Assembly: GCA_951406725.2 (NCBI GenBank)
Contig: OX597817.1
Location: 52,328,001-52,392,000, forward strand
DNA length: 64,000 nt
Direction of reading: 5' to 3'
DNA from: Octopus vulgaris
Lineage: Eukaryota
In this document: piece after piece, positions 24,290 through 38,200 of the stretch
Position numbering within the stretch: position 1 is the first letter of the stretch
Layout of the letters: each line of letters starts with the position of its first letter
Made by a program: the position numbers and the translations under genes
Notes under the pieces: generated by a model
Database searches by the model: none
Seen by the model: the letters and a program-made list of their open reading frames with translations, nothing else
What the model was told of the DNA's origin: nothing

Positions 24290-26595
24290 AAAGTCCTATT
24301 TTTATAACTTGTTAAGGTTGTCTCTACAGATTTGCTATATAACACAGTATTGATTTCTAAAAAAGACCCATTTAATACACTTTATAGTATATTGTGGTTG
24401 CTTAATGAAATGTGGTGTTCCTACAAGTTATTAAACTCTATATTTTTATAATTAAATATGATTAGGACAGCCCCGCCTGACTGGCGTCCGTGACGGTGAC
24501 ACGTAAAAGCACCAACCGATCATGGCTGTTTGCCAGCCTGCTCTGGCCCCTGTGCCAGTGGCACGTAAAAAACACCCACTACACTCACTGAGTGGTTGGC
24601 GTTAGGAAGGGCATCTAGCTGTAGAAACACTGCCAAATCAGACTGGAGCCTGGTGCAGCCTTCATGGGCTGCCAGACCCGGTGATGATGATATTAAAACA
24701 ATTAAAACATTGTGTATTGTTGAAATATAATCAATTTATTGCATATAATTTTTAACAAGCAGAATCTTATGGACCGCTAAGGGTCATGTGGACCTCAGTT
24801 AAGAACCACTTCTCTAAAATTAGTTTGATAAAGTTCACAAAAGGAAATGTTTTGTGAACATTCATAAAATAGACTTCTCTGTGAACTTGCTACATTTTGT
24901 GAAGTTTGCTTACTGAATTGGAACTGATTTTCAAGGCTTTTAGGATAAAATAGTTTCTAATAATCTAGATGTTCTCTAAGTGTTATCTTGGGTTAACTAA
25001 ACACTGTCATTGGCTTGGGAACCGAATGCAGCAGGGTGCAGGGGTACCCCCTAAAATATTTTAGGAGCAATAAGAATGCTTTGAGTGTCCTCTTGAAAAA
25101 CCCAATCATCAGAATGAACAAGTGTTAGAACACTTTTGGACTGATTTGAAACCTTGCTTTTCCGTTATTGGGTTTATCTGTCTTCATGTTCTGAGTTCAA
25201 ATTCTGCCGTGGTCGACTTTGCCTGTCATCCTTTTAGGGTCGATAAATTAAGTACCAGCTTCATACTAGTGTCAATCTAATCAGCTGGCTTCCTCACTTC
25301 CCCAAAATTTTGGGCCTTGTGCCTAGAGTAGAAAAGTATATTTAAGGCGGTGAGCTGGCAGAAATGTTAGCATGCCGGGCGAAATGCTTTGCGGTATTTC
25401 ATCTGCCGTTACTTTGTGAGTTCAAATTCCACCGAGGTTGACTTTGCCTTTCATCCTTTCGGGGTCGATAAATTAAGTACTACTTACGCACTGGGGTCAA
25501 TGTAATTGACTTAATACCTTTGTCTGTCCTTGTTTGTCCCCTCTATGTTTAGCCACTTGTGGGTAGTAAAGAAATAGGTATTTCATCTGTCTTAACGATC
25601 TCGGTTCAAATTCCACCGAGGTTGACTTTGCCTTTCATCCTTTCAGGGTTGATAAATTATGTACCAGCTGCGTACTGTGGTTGATCTAATCGATTGCCCC
25701 CCCCCCCATTTCAGGCCTTGCACCTAGAGTAGAAAAGATTATTAGATTTATCTGATTTGATTGATGTACAAAATCGTTAATTATTATTATTATTACACCT
25801 ATCTTTGTTGTAATATGAAGATTGAAAAAGTTGACCTTCTTTGGCAGGGTGGGGGTGATAGGGAAAGAGACCTGGGTTTGCACCCCCCAAGCAAATTTCA
25901 TTCCAGCATTTATGAACACTGTATTGAGATGATAGACTTTGCTGAGAGCCTTTGTTTTAATAAAATAGATATATGAAAGACTTTTGTCTAGTAAAATAAA
26001 TTTCAAGGGAAAAAGTGCATTGTACCATTTAATTAAAGGGGATTTCTCGTGACTTAACATTTGCATGTAGAAAAATGATTCTACTTGTAATGTGAGAAGA
26101 ATTATATCTGAAAGATGTATTTTGGGGTTGAGGTAGAACATTCTTAAGATGTATACAAGATTATATATCTTACAAATAAAATAGGTTGGATGAGTGTGAG
26201 AGGGTGTGCCTGTGTTTTCTGATAAGCGTGGCTGTGTGATATAGAAGTTTGCTTCACAACCATGAGGTTTTGGGTTCAGTCCCTGCACTTGGTGTAAATG
26301 CCCTCTGTTATAGCCCTGGTTTGACTAATCAATTCCTTGAGTGCATTTAATAAACAGATACTGGAGAAGGTGTGTGTACACTTAATGATAATCCTTTCTA
26401 CTATAGGCACAAGGCCTGAAATTTGGGGTAGTTGATTACATCGATCCAGTGCTCAACTGGTACTTAATTTATCGACCTCGGAAGGATGAAAGGCAAATTC
26501 AACCTCCGCAGAATTTGAACCCAGTACGTAGCAATGGGCGAAATATCGTTAAACATTTCACCCAGCGTGCTAACGATTCTGCCAGCTCGCTGCCT

Positions 26596-26635
<40 letters not shown>

Positions 26636-26810
26636 GCATCGAAAAATACCTTAGGAATGAGAAACCAGGTTCGAAATTTCCCCAAGACACCTGAAGGCGG
26701 CTGGAGGGTATATAAGCTGAAATGTTGTGTTAACAACAAACAAGATGAGGACAAATATCCTTTGAATGTAAATAATGTACATAATTCCTCATCTCTTAAA
26801 TATAGAACTG
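26636..26810 (+). mobile_element. Penelope-like terminal segment with a degenerate hammerhead, following an (AAT)n tract
   Basis: GACAC CTGAAGG cGGCTGgagggtatatAAGCT GAAA TGTT GTGTT; collinear with 53790-53928. Confidence 0.7.
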
Positions 26811-28219
26811 TATTCAACTGAAGCATTCAGCTCGAGAGTAAATTAGGCACCGGACATTGTGTTACTTATTTCGGTCATTAGACTGCAACCATGCTGGGGC
26901 ACTGCCTTGAAGAACTTTAGTTGAACACATTGACTCAGGACTTATTTTATGCTTTTTAAAGCTTGGTGCTTATTGTATCAGTATCATTTGCTGAACCACT
27001 AGGTTACATGGATGTAAGGCGGCGAGCTGGCAGAAATGTTAGCAGGCCGGGCGAAATGCGTAGCCATATTTCGTCTGCTGTTACGTTCTGAGTTCAAATT
27101 CCGCCAAGGTCGACTTTACCTTTCATCCTTTTGGGGTCAATAAATAAAGTACCAGTTACACACTGGGGTCGATATAATCGACTTAAACCATTTGTCTGTC
27201 CTTGTTTGTCCTCTCTGTGTTTAGCCCCTTGTGAGTAGTAAAGAAATAGGTTACATGGACGTAAACACACCAATACCAGCTGCCAAGCAGGGGTAGAAGA
27301 TTGTTATATTTACTTTACATGAAGTATTATACTCTTTACTCTTTTACTTGTTTCAGTCATTTGACTTTGGCCATGCTGGAGCACCACCTTTAGTCGAGCA
27401 AATCGACCCCGGGGGCTTATTCTTTGTAAGCCAAGTATTTATTCTATCAGTCTCTTTTGCCGCACCACTAAGTGACAGGGACATAAACACACCAGTATTG
27501 GTTGTCAAGCAATGCTAGGGGGACAAACACACAACACAAACATACACACACACACACACACACAACCATATATATATATATATATAAATAAATATATACG
27601 ACGGGCTTCTTTCAGTTTCCGTCTACCAGACCCACTCACAAGACTTTGGTCGGCCCGAGGCTATAGTAGAAGACACTTGCCCAAGATGCCACGCAGTGGG
27701 ACTGAACCCGGAACCATGTGGTTGGTAAGCAAGCTACGTACCACACAGCCACCCCTGCTCCTATATGAGATACTTTCATTTTTAAAATCATCGTTGAAAG
27801 GACGTTGGTGTTGCCTTAGTGGAGGTTTGCAGTCTCTGAGTGCTCTTGTTATGTTATGTAATTCTTGTAAAGTTTTTGCCATTAACCTTCATTATTAAGT
27901 TTATTATTTTGTATGTTTCTCTTACCTGAGTAACGATAGGTATTTATTGATGGTATCACATTCTCCATGATACCCATGAGGGTAGAGATAAGCAAACTTC
28001 TGTGTCAGAGGTATGGGAACCATTTTAATACTAAGCTGTGTAAGTACACCTGGGCTGAGAAAAATTATGGCTTTCGTTCACAAATTTATGGATATGGGTC
28101 CTAACCCTTTAGCATTTTAACCAGCTATATCTGGCCCAAGCATTCTACCCATATTATGTTGGCCAGATCCAGCCTCTCACACCTCTCCTACAATGTCACT
28201 CTAAAAATAAGCAATCACA

Positions 28220-28924
28220 TCGCCTTACTGGCACTCGAGCCCCATGCTAGTTGGGTGTTAAGGGCACCATCCGAGTGCGGTCGTTGCCAGAGCGGCTATC
28301 TGGCCTCCGTGCCGGTGGCACGTAAAAGACTGCATTCAAGCATGGTCATTATCAGCATCGCCTTACTGGCACCTTTGCTGCTGGCAAGTGTAAAAGATTT
28401 GAGCGAGGTCGTTGCCAGTACCGTCTGACTGGCCCTGTGCCGGTGGCATGTAAAAAGCACCATTTGAGCGTGGCCGTACCAGTGGCACATAAAATGCACC
28501 ATTCAAGTGTGATCGTTGCCAGCTTCACCTTACTGGCACATGTGCCCCATGCTAGTAGGGTGCTAAGAGCACCATCCGAGCGTGATCGTTGCCAGAGCGG
28601 CTAACTGGCTTCCGTGCCGGTGACATGTAGGAGGTACCGTTCGAGTGGGATCGTTACTAGTTTCGCCTTACTGGCACCTGTGCCATTGGCATGTGTAAAA
28701 AGATTCGAGCGAGGTCGTTGTCAGTAACGCCTGACTGGCCCCTGTTCTGGTGGCACATAAAAGCACCCACTACACTCTCGGAGTTGGCGTTAAGAAGGGC
28801 ATCCAGCTGTAGAAACTCTGCTAGATCAAGATTGAAGCCTGGTGTAGCCATCTGGTTCGCTAGCCCTCAGTCAATTGTCCAACCCGTGCTAGCATGGAAA
28901 GCGGACGTTAAACGATGATGATGA
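28220..28924 (+). mobile_element. RTE-type 3'UTR element with an expanded internal ~65-nt tandem array. Related copies (approx.): 17859-18112 +, 24468-24692 +, 29474-29807 -, 36541-36789 +, 37028-37373 +, 40675-40862 +, 47773-48190 -, 57760-58250 +, 59619-59860 +, 60480-60700 -, 61808-62050 -
   Basis: Shared terminus AAAAGCACCCACTACACTCTCGGAGTGGTTGGCGTTAGGAAGGGCATCCAGCTGTAGAAAC...GGACGTTAAACGATGATGATG. Confidence 0.8.
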
Positions 28925-29049
28925 CAGAGTTTGTTAGTGGGTGATTTCAAACTTAAATGTGTGTGAGAAGTTCTCGGCTGTGTTCTACATGGTTGTTTGA
29001 CTTGCTAGAAATAGCAACCAAAATCTGAAAATATTAAACCTTACAACAA

Positions 29050-29419
29050 TTGCCAAAATGTATCTTTGTTGTGTCTTTTCTACAAGTATTTCCATGGTTA
29101 TTGCTCCGATGAACTTTCTGGTCTAGTACCATCTGTGAACACCATCAAACCTGTCACCCGCTTTTCTTCCCAGGCGCATCGTTTCTTTGTTGAGCTTCCT
29201 GTTAGTCAGCAGTCTTTTTATTCCAATAACTTTTCTTGGACTGTTTCTTTCAGGAACCCACTATCATTGTCTTGTTTCCCTTTGGCCTATGATAGTCTTT
29301 TTAAGCTTCCTGTCAATCAACATCTTTTGAATTTATAGGTCCATTTTCCATCTTTGTGGTCCCTTCTGCTACACTGGCCTCAAGATTTGTTTTGGGACCA
29401 AAAAAAAAAAAAAAAAAAA
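29050..29419 (+). mobile_element. Old CR1/Jockey-group LINE 3' fragment with poly(A)
   Basis: LFYKYFHGYCSDELSGLVP...TRFSSQAHRFFV...YSNNF resembles the C-terminus of CR1-group ORF2; A-run at 29399-29419. Confidence 0.6.
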
Positions 29420-32400
29420 TTTTAAGTGGATGAGAACACATTGGTTAAATGGTAAATGTAATCTGAAAAATACATCATCGTTTACCGTGTACTTTCCATG
29501 GTAGCATGGGTTGGACGATTGACTGAGGGCTGGCGAACCAGATGGCTACACCAGGCCTCAATCTTGATCTGGCAGAGTTTCTACTGCTGGATGCCCTTCC
29601 TAATGCCAACCACTCCGAGAGTGTAGTGGGTGCTTTTACATGCCACCGGCTAGGGGCCAGTCAGGCGGTACTGACAACGACCTCGCTCAAACCCTTTACC
29701 CATGCCACTAGCACAGGTGCCAGTCAGGCAGTGCTGGCAACGACCTCGCTTAAATCCTTTACCCCTGCCACCGGCACAGGTGCCAGTAAGGCGATGCTGG
29801 TAACGATGTAATCTGAATTTTTTTTTTTATGCAATGTATTTTTCTGATCAGTAATCTGAAAAATACATTGTATAAAAAAAATAAAAAAAAGGATAGTCAT
29901 GACTTGAATACCTTTTCATGAAAGGTCTGCCTGATCAGGATTGACCTGAGGTTAAATGGCGATGAAGTAGGGTAGAGTTAATTTCAACCAGTAGATTATT
30001 GATAGTGTTTAATGTCAAGGTCAGTCTTGCTTGAGCAGACTTATGTTCAAAGGAATTTCAGTTAGGATTACCCTGTCTTTTCCTGGTTCTCTGTCCCCGC
30101 CCCCTTTACATTCAACCTCTTTGTTGTAGGAGATATCCCGACACTTCATCACCACCATCTTCTCTCCTTTGCCAGTTGGGGCAGCCATGTACTTTCTTTA
30201 CAGCAAGACACCTGTTCCTATCCCTCTATTGTACTTTAACCCTTTCATTACCAACCCGACAGAAACTGGCTCGGGCTCTGATGTCATTAGTTCCTGTGAC
30301 ATGGAGAAGCACCCAGTACACTGTAAATTGGTTGACATTAGAAAGGGCATCTCACTGTAGAAATCCTGCCAAAACAGCTGTTGGAGTTTGACACAGTCAT
30401 CTAACCTGTCAGATCCTGTCAACTTATCCAACCCATACTAGCGTGGGATACGGGCGTTAAATGATGAGGGTGATGATAAATGTATCTAGGACTTTATGAT
30501 TGAAGTATCCTATTTCTTTACTAAACACAGAGAGGACAAACAAGGACAGACAAACGGATTGTCGATTATATCGACCCCAGTGCGTAACTGGTACTTATTT
30601 AATCGACCCTGAAAGGATGAAAAGCAAAGTCGACCTCGATGGAATTTGAACTCAGAACGTAACGGCAGACGAAATACTGCTAAGCACTTCGCCTGGCATG
30701 CTAACGTATCTGCCAGCTTGCCACCTTCTGTTTTACAGATGTCTGCATGATCTGAGGGAGGTTTGGCTGCTATTTCTAGCAGGCAGTGTGACTACTTAGA
30801 ACAGTGGCTCCCTTCTTTTGCACTACCAAAACCCCCTTTTTGACTAAACTAATTTTCAAACGGACATCTGGTTATTGAAAGGTCTGTCTACTCAGTAATT
30901 ATTTTACTTGAAAACTCGTTTTCCCAGTTTCATCTCTTAATTGAAAGATATACCCAACTGAATAATTAACTGAGTAATTATACATTTTGTACTGTTGTAT
31001 TTTAAAATTTTGGACTTGGTTCATGGACAGCCAGGTGTTTGCAGGCCCCACCAGGTTGGGAAGTATAGATTTAGAGTTTCTCCCACAAAGGAGTGGTTCG
31101 TGCTTTGAGTGGAATTGGAAATATGGTGTCTTGCTCATTGTTTAGATATGTCAATGGAAGTTTTAAAGTCACATGGTTCTGGGTTCAGTTCCAACTTGGG
31201 CAAGTGTCTTCTACTATAGCCTCGGGCTGACCAGGACCTTGTGAATGGATTTGGTGGATGGAAACTGAAAGAAGCTTGTTGTGTGTGTGTGTGTGTGTAT
31301 ATATATATGTATATATATATGTGTGTCTGTGTTTGTCCCCCCACCATCACTTGACAATCAATGTTGGTGTGTTTACATCCCTGTAACTTAGCAGTTCAGC
31401 AAAAGACACCGATAGAATAAGTACTAGGCTTACAAAGAATAAGACCTGGGGTCAATTTGTTTGACTAAAGGCAGTGCTCCAGCATGGCCGCAGTCAAATG
31501 ACTGAAACAAATAAAAGAATATATACACATATTCCATATCTTTCATGTATTTTATACTTTATTGTTATTGATTTGTTTTATTTTTCCTTCAAAAATATAT
31601 AAACTCATATCTTCCCCACTTTTCAAAAAATGAAAAATGAAAAATATCAATAAAATAAGCAAAACAAAAGATTAATCTGAGGAACTGAATCTCCTAGCAA
31701 ATATAGCTATAAATAGGCGACAGGCTGGCAGCAAAGTTAGCGCGCCAGGCGAAATGCTTAGCGGTATTTCGCCTGCCACTACGTTCTGAGTTCATCCTTT
31801 CAGGGTCGATAAATAAAGTACCAGTTACGCACTGGGGTCGATATAATCGACTTAATCCGTTTGTCTGTCCTTGTTTGTCCCCTCTGTGTTTAACCCCTTG
31901 TGGATAGTAAAGAAATAGGTATTTCGTCTGTCTTTATGTTCTGAGTTCAAATTCCGCCGAGGTTGACTTTGCCTTTCATCCTTTCGGGGTCGATAAATTA
32001 AGTACCAGTTACGCACTGGGGTCAATATAATCGAATTAACCCCTTTTTCTGTCCTTGTTTGTCCCCTCTGTGTTTAGCCCCTTGTGGGTAGTAAAGAAAT
32101 ATATAGCTATAAATAACAGTATGCAAATACGGCATTGAAAGCCCATTGGATAGTAAAAAGCTAAAGGCTGCCTGTCAAAAGAAAAGATATGAGAAAAAAA
32201 CCCCGCTCTGCATTTATGGTAATTACTCAAAGATCAAACTTCTTTAGCAACCATAGCTTATGATATTCATAACAGTATGTGTGCCATCGTACCATAGAAA
32301 TGAATATTATTCAGTCAGTCAGTCAAAAGCCTTTTTCTTTTTTTTTTTTTCTGTTCCAACTCCCCTCAATCTTGTCCAATAGTGCAACCTGCCTGCTAAT

Positions 32401-32696
32401 ACCTTTGTCATGGTTCACATTATGTTCATATGATGGGCGGGAATTCATATGTATTGTCTGTGTAATGGTGTGGGTGGGTGTTTGTAATGTGTCTGGTTGG
32501 TGTGCTTGATCTGAAGTGGGGGGGGTGTTGTGTGTGTGTTATAGGAGAAAGTAAATAGTTTTTTTTTCGTTTCATCCTTGTTCACTATCCTTGTATGGAG
32601 AGAAAAAAATGACATACAAAAAAAAAAAGACTTGGATTTTTTTTTATCTTTTACTTATTTTGGTCATTGGACTGTGGCCATACTGGAGCAGCACCT

Positions 32697-33160
32697 GAAC
32701 CCTTTCGTTACTAAATTTATTTTGAGATGCTTTGTGTTTCTTTCAATTACTTTAATAACAAAGAATTTAGTAAAATAACTTAGTTATCATTCAGCCAGTG
32801 TTAGGAACATAAATTGTGGCTAAGGTTTGGTGGAAGATTTTAATTCAAAACTTATGAAAACAAGACATTTTGTACTACAGAGCCAGAACCGGTTTTAGCC
32901 AGGTTGGTTTCGAAAGGGTTAAGAATTGTTTCTCTATTATATATTTTAACCCTTTCGTTACAGTATTTATTTTGAGATGCTCTGTGTTTCTTTCAATTAA
33001 TTTTAAATATAACAAAGAATTTAGTAAAATAACTTGGTTATCATTAAGCTAGTGTTAGGAACATAAATTGTGACTAAGGTTTGGTGGAAGATTATGAAAA
33101 CAAGACATTTGTATTACAGAGCTAGAGTTGATTTCAGCCAGGTTGGTATCAAAAGGGTTA
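32697..33160. mobile_element. piggyBac-like MITE tandem dimer
   Basis: Same unit; spacer GAATTGTTTCTCTATTATATATTT. Confidence 0.8.
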
Positions 33161-34543
33161 ATGGGTTTAGTTGAATAAATTGATTGCATTAGTTATTTAA
33201 AAAATAAATTTTTTAAAGCCTGGTACTTATTCTCTTGGTCTACTTTTGCCAAACTGCTAAGGGGATGTAAACAAACCAGCACCTGTTAAGTAGTGGTGAG
33301 GGCAAATGCAAACACATACAGATATATAGTTGTTTAAGAATCTGTAAGTTGGAAAAATATGCACTCATATTTAAATATCCATTATGGCCAATTTTGCTAA
33401 TTAGTTTTGCACAGGGTATTAAGCCAAATGTTTGATAACAACACAGTTAATTAACACCATGTGTTTGTCAGAGGTGGCAGATATGGTTAAAAAATTGAAC
33501 AGCTCTGTATTATTGGAGATGAAAGAAAAGACATCTACCTGTGCGTACGGTGGAAAAAGATAATCGAATAAGGGTTATATCAAGAATTATGTCCCTTGGC
33601 CCCAAAGGTCTCCAAGTTGCTGTAAGTGTATGAGAGTTTTCTGAAAACGTGTGTAGGAGTTAGGGATTGGTATTCATAGCATCTCAAATACATAACACTT
33701 GGTTTAACCCCTCGTTAGTTCGTTTTCTTTTTTCTCACAGCACTTACAGACCAGATATGTTTTTTTTCACTTCCAGTATCAGAGCAGTTACCATATTTTT
33801 TGTCCATACCTGCTAGCTCTGATGAGCATGTGGTATTACTTAATTGTGCTGTTATCTAACATCTGGTTTAATACCCAGTGCGAAAGTGATTGGTGACTGA
33901 AGAATATATACTTTCTCACAAGAGAACTTAACGAATCGCCTGACATTGAGAGCAATGACATGAGTCTATGGGAGAAATTGGGAAATATATGATGGAAACT
34001 GTACATCTGTAAAAACTCACAAATTATAAAGTAGATGTAGAAAATATCTTATTTGCAGATCTGGATGAAATTTCTCTTCTAAATGCCTCACTGGGACACT
34101 GTCTTCAGTAAGCTTTTACTTTGTAGTGAAGCAAATTACTATGCCTACACACACACATGTTTATGCACATTATATATATATGTATATATCTCGTTGTTCA
34201 TCGTTTAACGTCCGCTCTCCGCACTAGCACGGGTTGGACGGTTTGATCGGGGTCTGGGAAGCCAGGAGGCTGCACCAGGCCCAGTCTGATCTGGCAGTGT
34301 TTCTACAGCTGGATGCCCTTCCTAACACCTACCACTCCGTGTGTGTAGTGGGTGCTTTTTGTGTGCCAAGCGAGGCTGGCAACAGCCACGATCGGTTGGT
34401 GCTTTTTATGTGCCACCGGCACGGAGGCCAGTTGGGGCGGCGCTGGCAATGGCCATGTTCAGATGGTTCTTTTACATGCTACTGGCACTGGTATCACAAC
34501 TACAATTTCCATTGATTTTTGAGCGATTTATATATATATAAAT

Positions 34544-34606
<63 letters not shown>

Positions 34607-34608
<2 letters not shown>

Positions 34609-35115
34609 TCATCATCATCATCGTTTAACGTCCGTTCTCCATGCTAGCATGGGTTGGACGGTTCGACCGGGGATCTGGGAAGCCAGAAGGCTGCACCAGG
34701 CTCCAGTCTTATCTGGCAATGTTTCTACAGCTGGATGCCCTTCCTAATGCCAACCACTCCGTGAGTGTAGTGGGTGCTTTTTACGTGCCACCTGCACAGG
34801 TGCCAGGCGAGGCTGGCAATGGCCACGGTCGGATTGGTGTATTTTATGTGCCACCGGCACGGAAGCCAGTCGAGGCGGTGCTGGCATCGGCCACGAGTCG
34901 GATAGTGCTTTTTATGTACCACCAGACCAGGGATCCTGGCTGGTTCAATTCGATTTCGATTGCCCCAACATGTCTTCGCAAGCAAAGGGGGTTGGCATGG
35001 GTGCCTGTCATCGGATGAGGTTCTATATCGACTTCGCTTGCCTCAACATGTCTTTGTGCCCAAGGGAGGAAAGGCATTCATAAGTGGGCTGGGCTCACTT
35101 GTCCTGCCTGGTCTT
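34607..35115 (-). mobile_element. RTE LINE 3' end, near-identical inverted copy of 19435-19941; a second copy lies at about 34198-34517 (-)
   Basis: Reverse complement matches 19435-19941 with scattered substitutions. Confidence 0.9.
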
Positions 35116-35192
35116 ATATAATATATATATATATACATACATACACACACATATATATACACACACACACATATATATACACACACACACAC

Positions 35193-35235
<43 letters not shown>

Positions 35236-35285
35236 CACTCACACATATATATACACACACACACACATACACACATATATATATA
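35116..35285. repeat. (TA)n/(CA)n compound microsatellite (one of many, e.g. 2648-2725, 19950-20080, 34530-34606)
   Basis: Direct reading. Confidence 0.9.
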
Positions 35286-38200
35286 GGCTGTAATGGATAT
35301 ATATAATACTGTACATTTTGATTAATTAATTAATATATACATATATAAACTATAGGCTTTCAATTTGCTCCACCAAATCCATTCACAAGGCTTTGGTTGA
35401 CCCAGCATTGTGAAAGACCTTTGTCCAAGGTACCATGCAGTAGGACTGAACTGGGAACCATGTGGTTAAGAAGTGTCTTTCTCACCACACATGCAAAACT
35501 GTGCCTATAGTTACACTGTATATAGTGAGGATAGATGGATTAGATATATACACATATTGACCTGGTAGTTGATTATAATTTGCAAAATATATTTTCTCAT
35601 CAATAAAAACTTTTAAAAAGAACCTGTTTTATACTCAGCTGTTACCGCTTTCATTATCTACCTATTAGTTTCTCCCTTGACAGTATGAGTGTACAGAAGT
35701 GTGTGTGTTGATGTATCTGTACCTATTTAGTTATAGCAAAATGTTTTTAGAGCATGAGAGAGACCTCTATCCTTATTTATCACAGGTGTTTGGCACCAAA
35801 ATAACACTGTCAAATGAATTTAGTGATAAAGGATTTGTAGAACATAAGGGAAAATAGGTTTGGTCCTGAGACCCCAAGTTGTCTCCAGTTTATCTAGATT
35901 ACACCTCCAAAGAGTTTTTAAGGTACACATGATTTGGTTTCATGTTTGGAAAAATATTTCAAGTAAAATTTAATAACATATGATCAGTAAAAAAACCCCA
36001 AAAAACCCCTGAAAATAATAAGTAGAATCTTTTATAGTTGACACGCGTTATCTGTAGTATTGTGGGAGGGGGCACAATTCCCCTACCTTCTGGGTTCTCT
36101 TACAGTGTTGATCCTTTCCAGCTGGGATCTATCTGCAGGAACCCTACCCACCTGACCTCTGGCCAAAACCTAACAGATTCCCTCAACTCGTGTTGCCATA
36201 CATGTCCATCCCGTACGACAGCCCCAAGGTGAAAGAGGTCCTTGCTGGTCATGCTTCCACTCACATTACCTTCCTCACTCCTCTTCCAGCAAGGCCCCTC
36301 AGCTATTTGCAAGACATCACTGACCACCCTATACTTCCAGCCCATTTCAGCCCCACAATATCACAGTTTAATTTGTGACGAATGCAACACACTTGATTGT
36401 ACCATGTTATTCTGGACCAGTGATGAATGAATCTGTGATAAACAAGGATAGATGTTTTTAATTCAACTCGTTACTGGATTCTTCATTAATGTCATACATG
36501 TAGAGACAGTTGACTTTTTGCATGAATTGAATTGAGAAGAATGCCGGTGGCATGTGTAAAAAGATTCGAGCGAGGCCATTGCTAGTACTGCCTGACTGGC
36601 CCTGTGCCGGTGGCATGTAAAAAGCACCCACTACACTCTCAGAGTGGTTGGCATTAGTAAGGGCATCAAGCTGTAGAAACTCTGCCAGATCAAGATTGGA
36701 GTCTTGTGTGGCCGTCTGGTTCACCAGCCCTCGGTCAAAATCGTCCAACCCATGCTAGCATGGAAAGCGGACGTTAAACGATGATGATGTTTGCAATTTG
36801 GTACCCTTTATTAGCATCTGTGCCAAACTTGATAGAAAATAATTCCTTACAGTTTCCCATCGCATCTCTCAGTTGATCCAATAAGATTTATTAATAGAAC
36901 AGAAAACATGATATGTAAACAAATATGTTTATTTTTGAAGTGCTGAAATATATTGTAGCAAGTAGAAAGATATATTTTTTTCAATGCATAAGTACTGATA
37001 GGAGATCATATATATAGGATATATTAAAGAGCACCATCCGAGTGTGATCGTTGCCAGAGCGGCATATGGCCTCCGTACCGGTGGTACATAAAAGACACCA
37101 TTCGAGCGTGATCGTTACCAGCATCACCTTACTGGCATCTGTGCTGGTGATTGTGTAAAAGATTCGAGCGAGGTCATTGCCAGTACCACCTGACTGGACC
37201 TCATACCGGTGGCACATAAAAGCACCCACTACACTCTCGGAGTGGTTGGCGTTAGGAAGGGCATCCAGCTGTAGAAACTCAGCCAGATCAGATTGGAGTC
37301 TGGTTCGCCAGCCCTCAGTCAATCGTCCAACCTATGCTAGCATGGAAAGCAGACGTTAAATGATGATAATGATGGGTTGAGAGTTGAATGATATACATAA
37401 TTTTATGGACGTTGTGCATACTGCATACCTGTCTGTACCATGTTTTTGTCACAATAAAGACTCTTTAACGAAACAATTGTAGCAATACAAAACAACCCAT
37501 TCGTCTGTTTTATTACATAAAATCGTCTTGTACTGTACTTCCGCAGCATATTGATGACACTACCACAAAAGCCTTCCTGAATTAGGGCAAGTTCTCTAGC
37601 TGCTTTGCCACTCTTGTCCAACCAGCTCATGGTATTGTCCATCCATTTAAAGCGGTGAGCTGGCAGAAATGTTAGCATGCCGGGCGAAATGCAGAGCGGT
37701 ATTTTGTCTGCCGCTACGTTCTGAGTTGAAATTCCGCCGAGGTCAACTTTGCCTTTCATCCTTTCGGGGTCGATTAAATAGGTACCAGTTGCGCACTGGG
37801 GTTGATATGATCGACTTAATCCGTTTGTCTGTCCTTGTTTGTCCTCTCTGTGTTTGGCCTCTTGTGGGTAGTAAAGAAATAGGTATTGTCCTTCCATTAT
37901 ATTCATTGCCTGCTTTTTGATCTATTACACCCTACTCTTCCTTCCATGATAATGTTTTCCAGACCCCTGCTTTTTTGAATTAGGCCAAAATAGATGAGCC
38001 TTTTTTGTTTTTCACATATGTAATGAGCAATGAGCATTCCTAGTTTCTGACTGCATAATAATACATCCTCAGTGGCCTTAGACATGGTTTCTGTCTACTA
38101 AATTTATTTACCAGGCATTGGTTGGCCCTGTGCTAAAAAAAAAAAATACTTGCCCAAAGAGCTACACAGTAGGATTGAACTGAGAACCCACTTGGCTGCA

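Noticed and set aside
28220-28790. CRISPR-like repeat-spacer appearance
   Set aside because: Eukaryotic context, no cas genes, 'spacers' are short and recur at other loci, and the array is part of a LINE 3'UTR.
30130-30200. Candidate extra AGO cassette exon after ...ttgttgtAG
   Set aside because: Reasonable acceptor, but no convincing donor in a compatible phase and the peptide is unlike the neighbouring exons.
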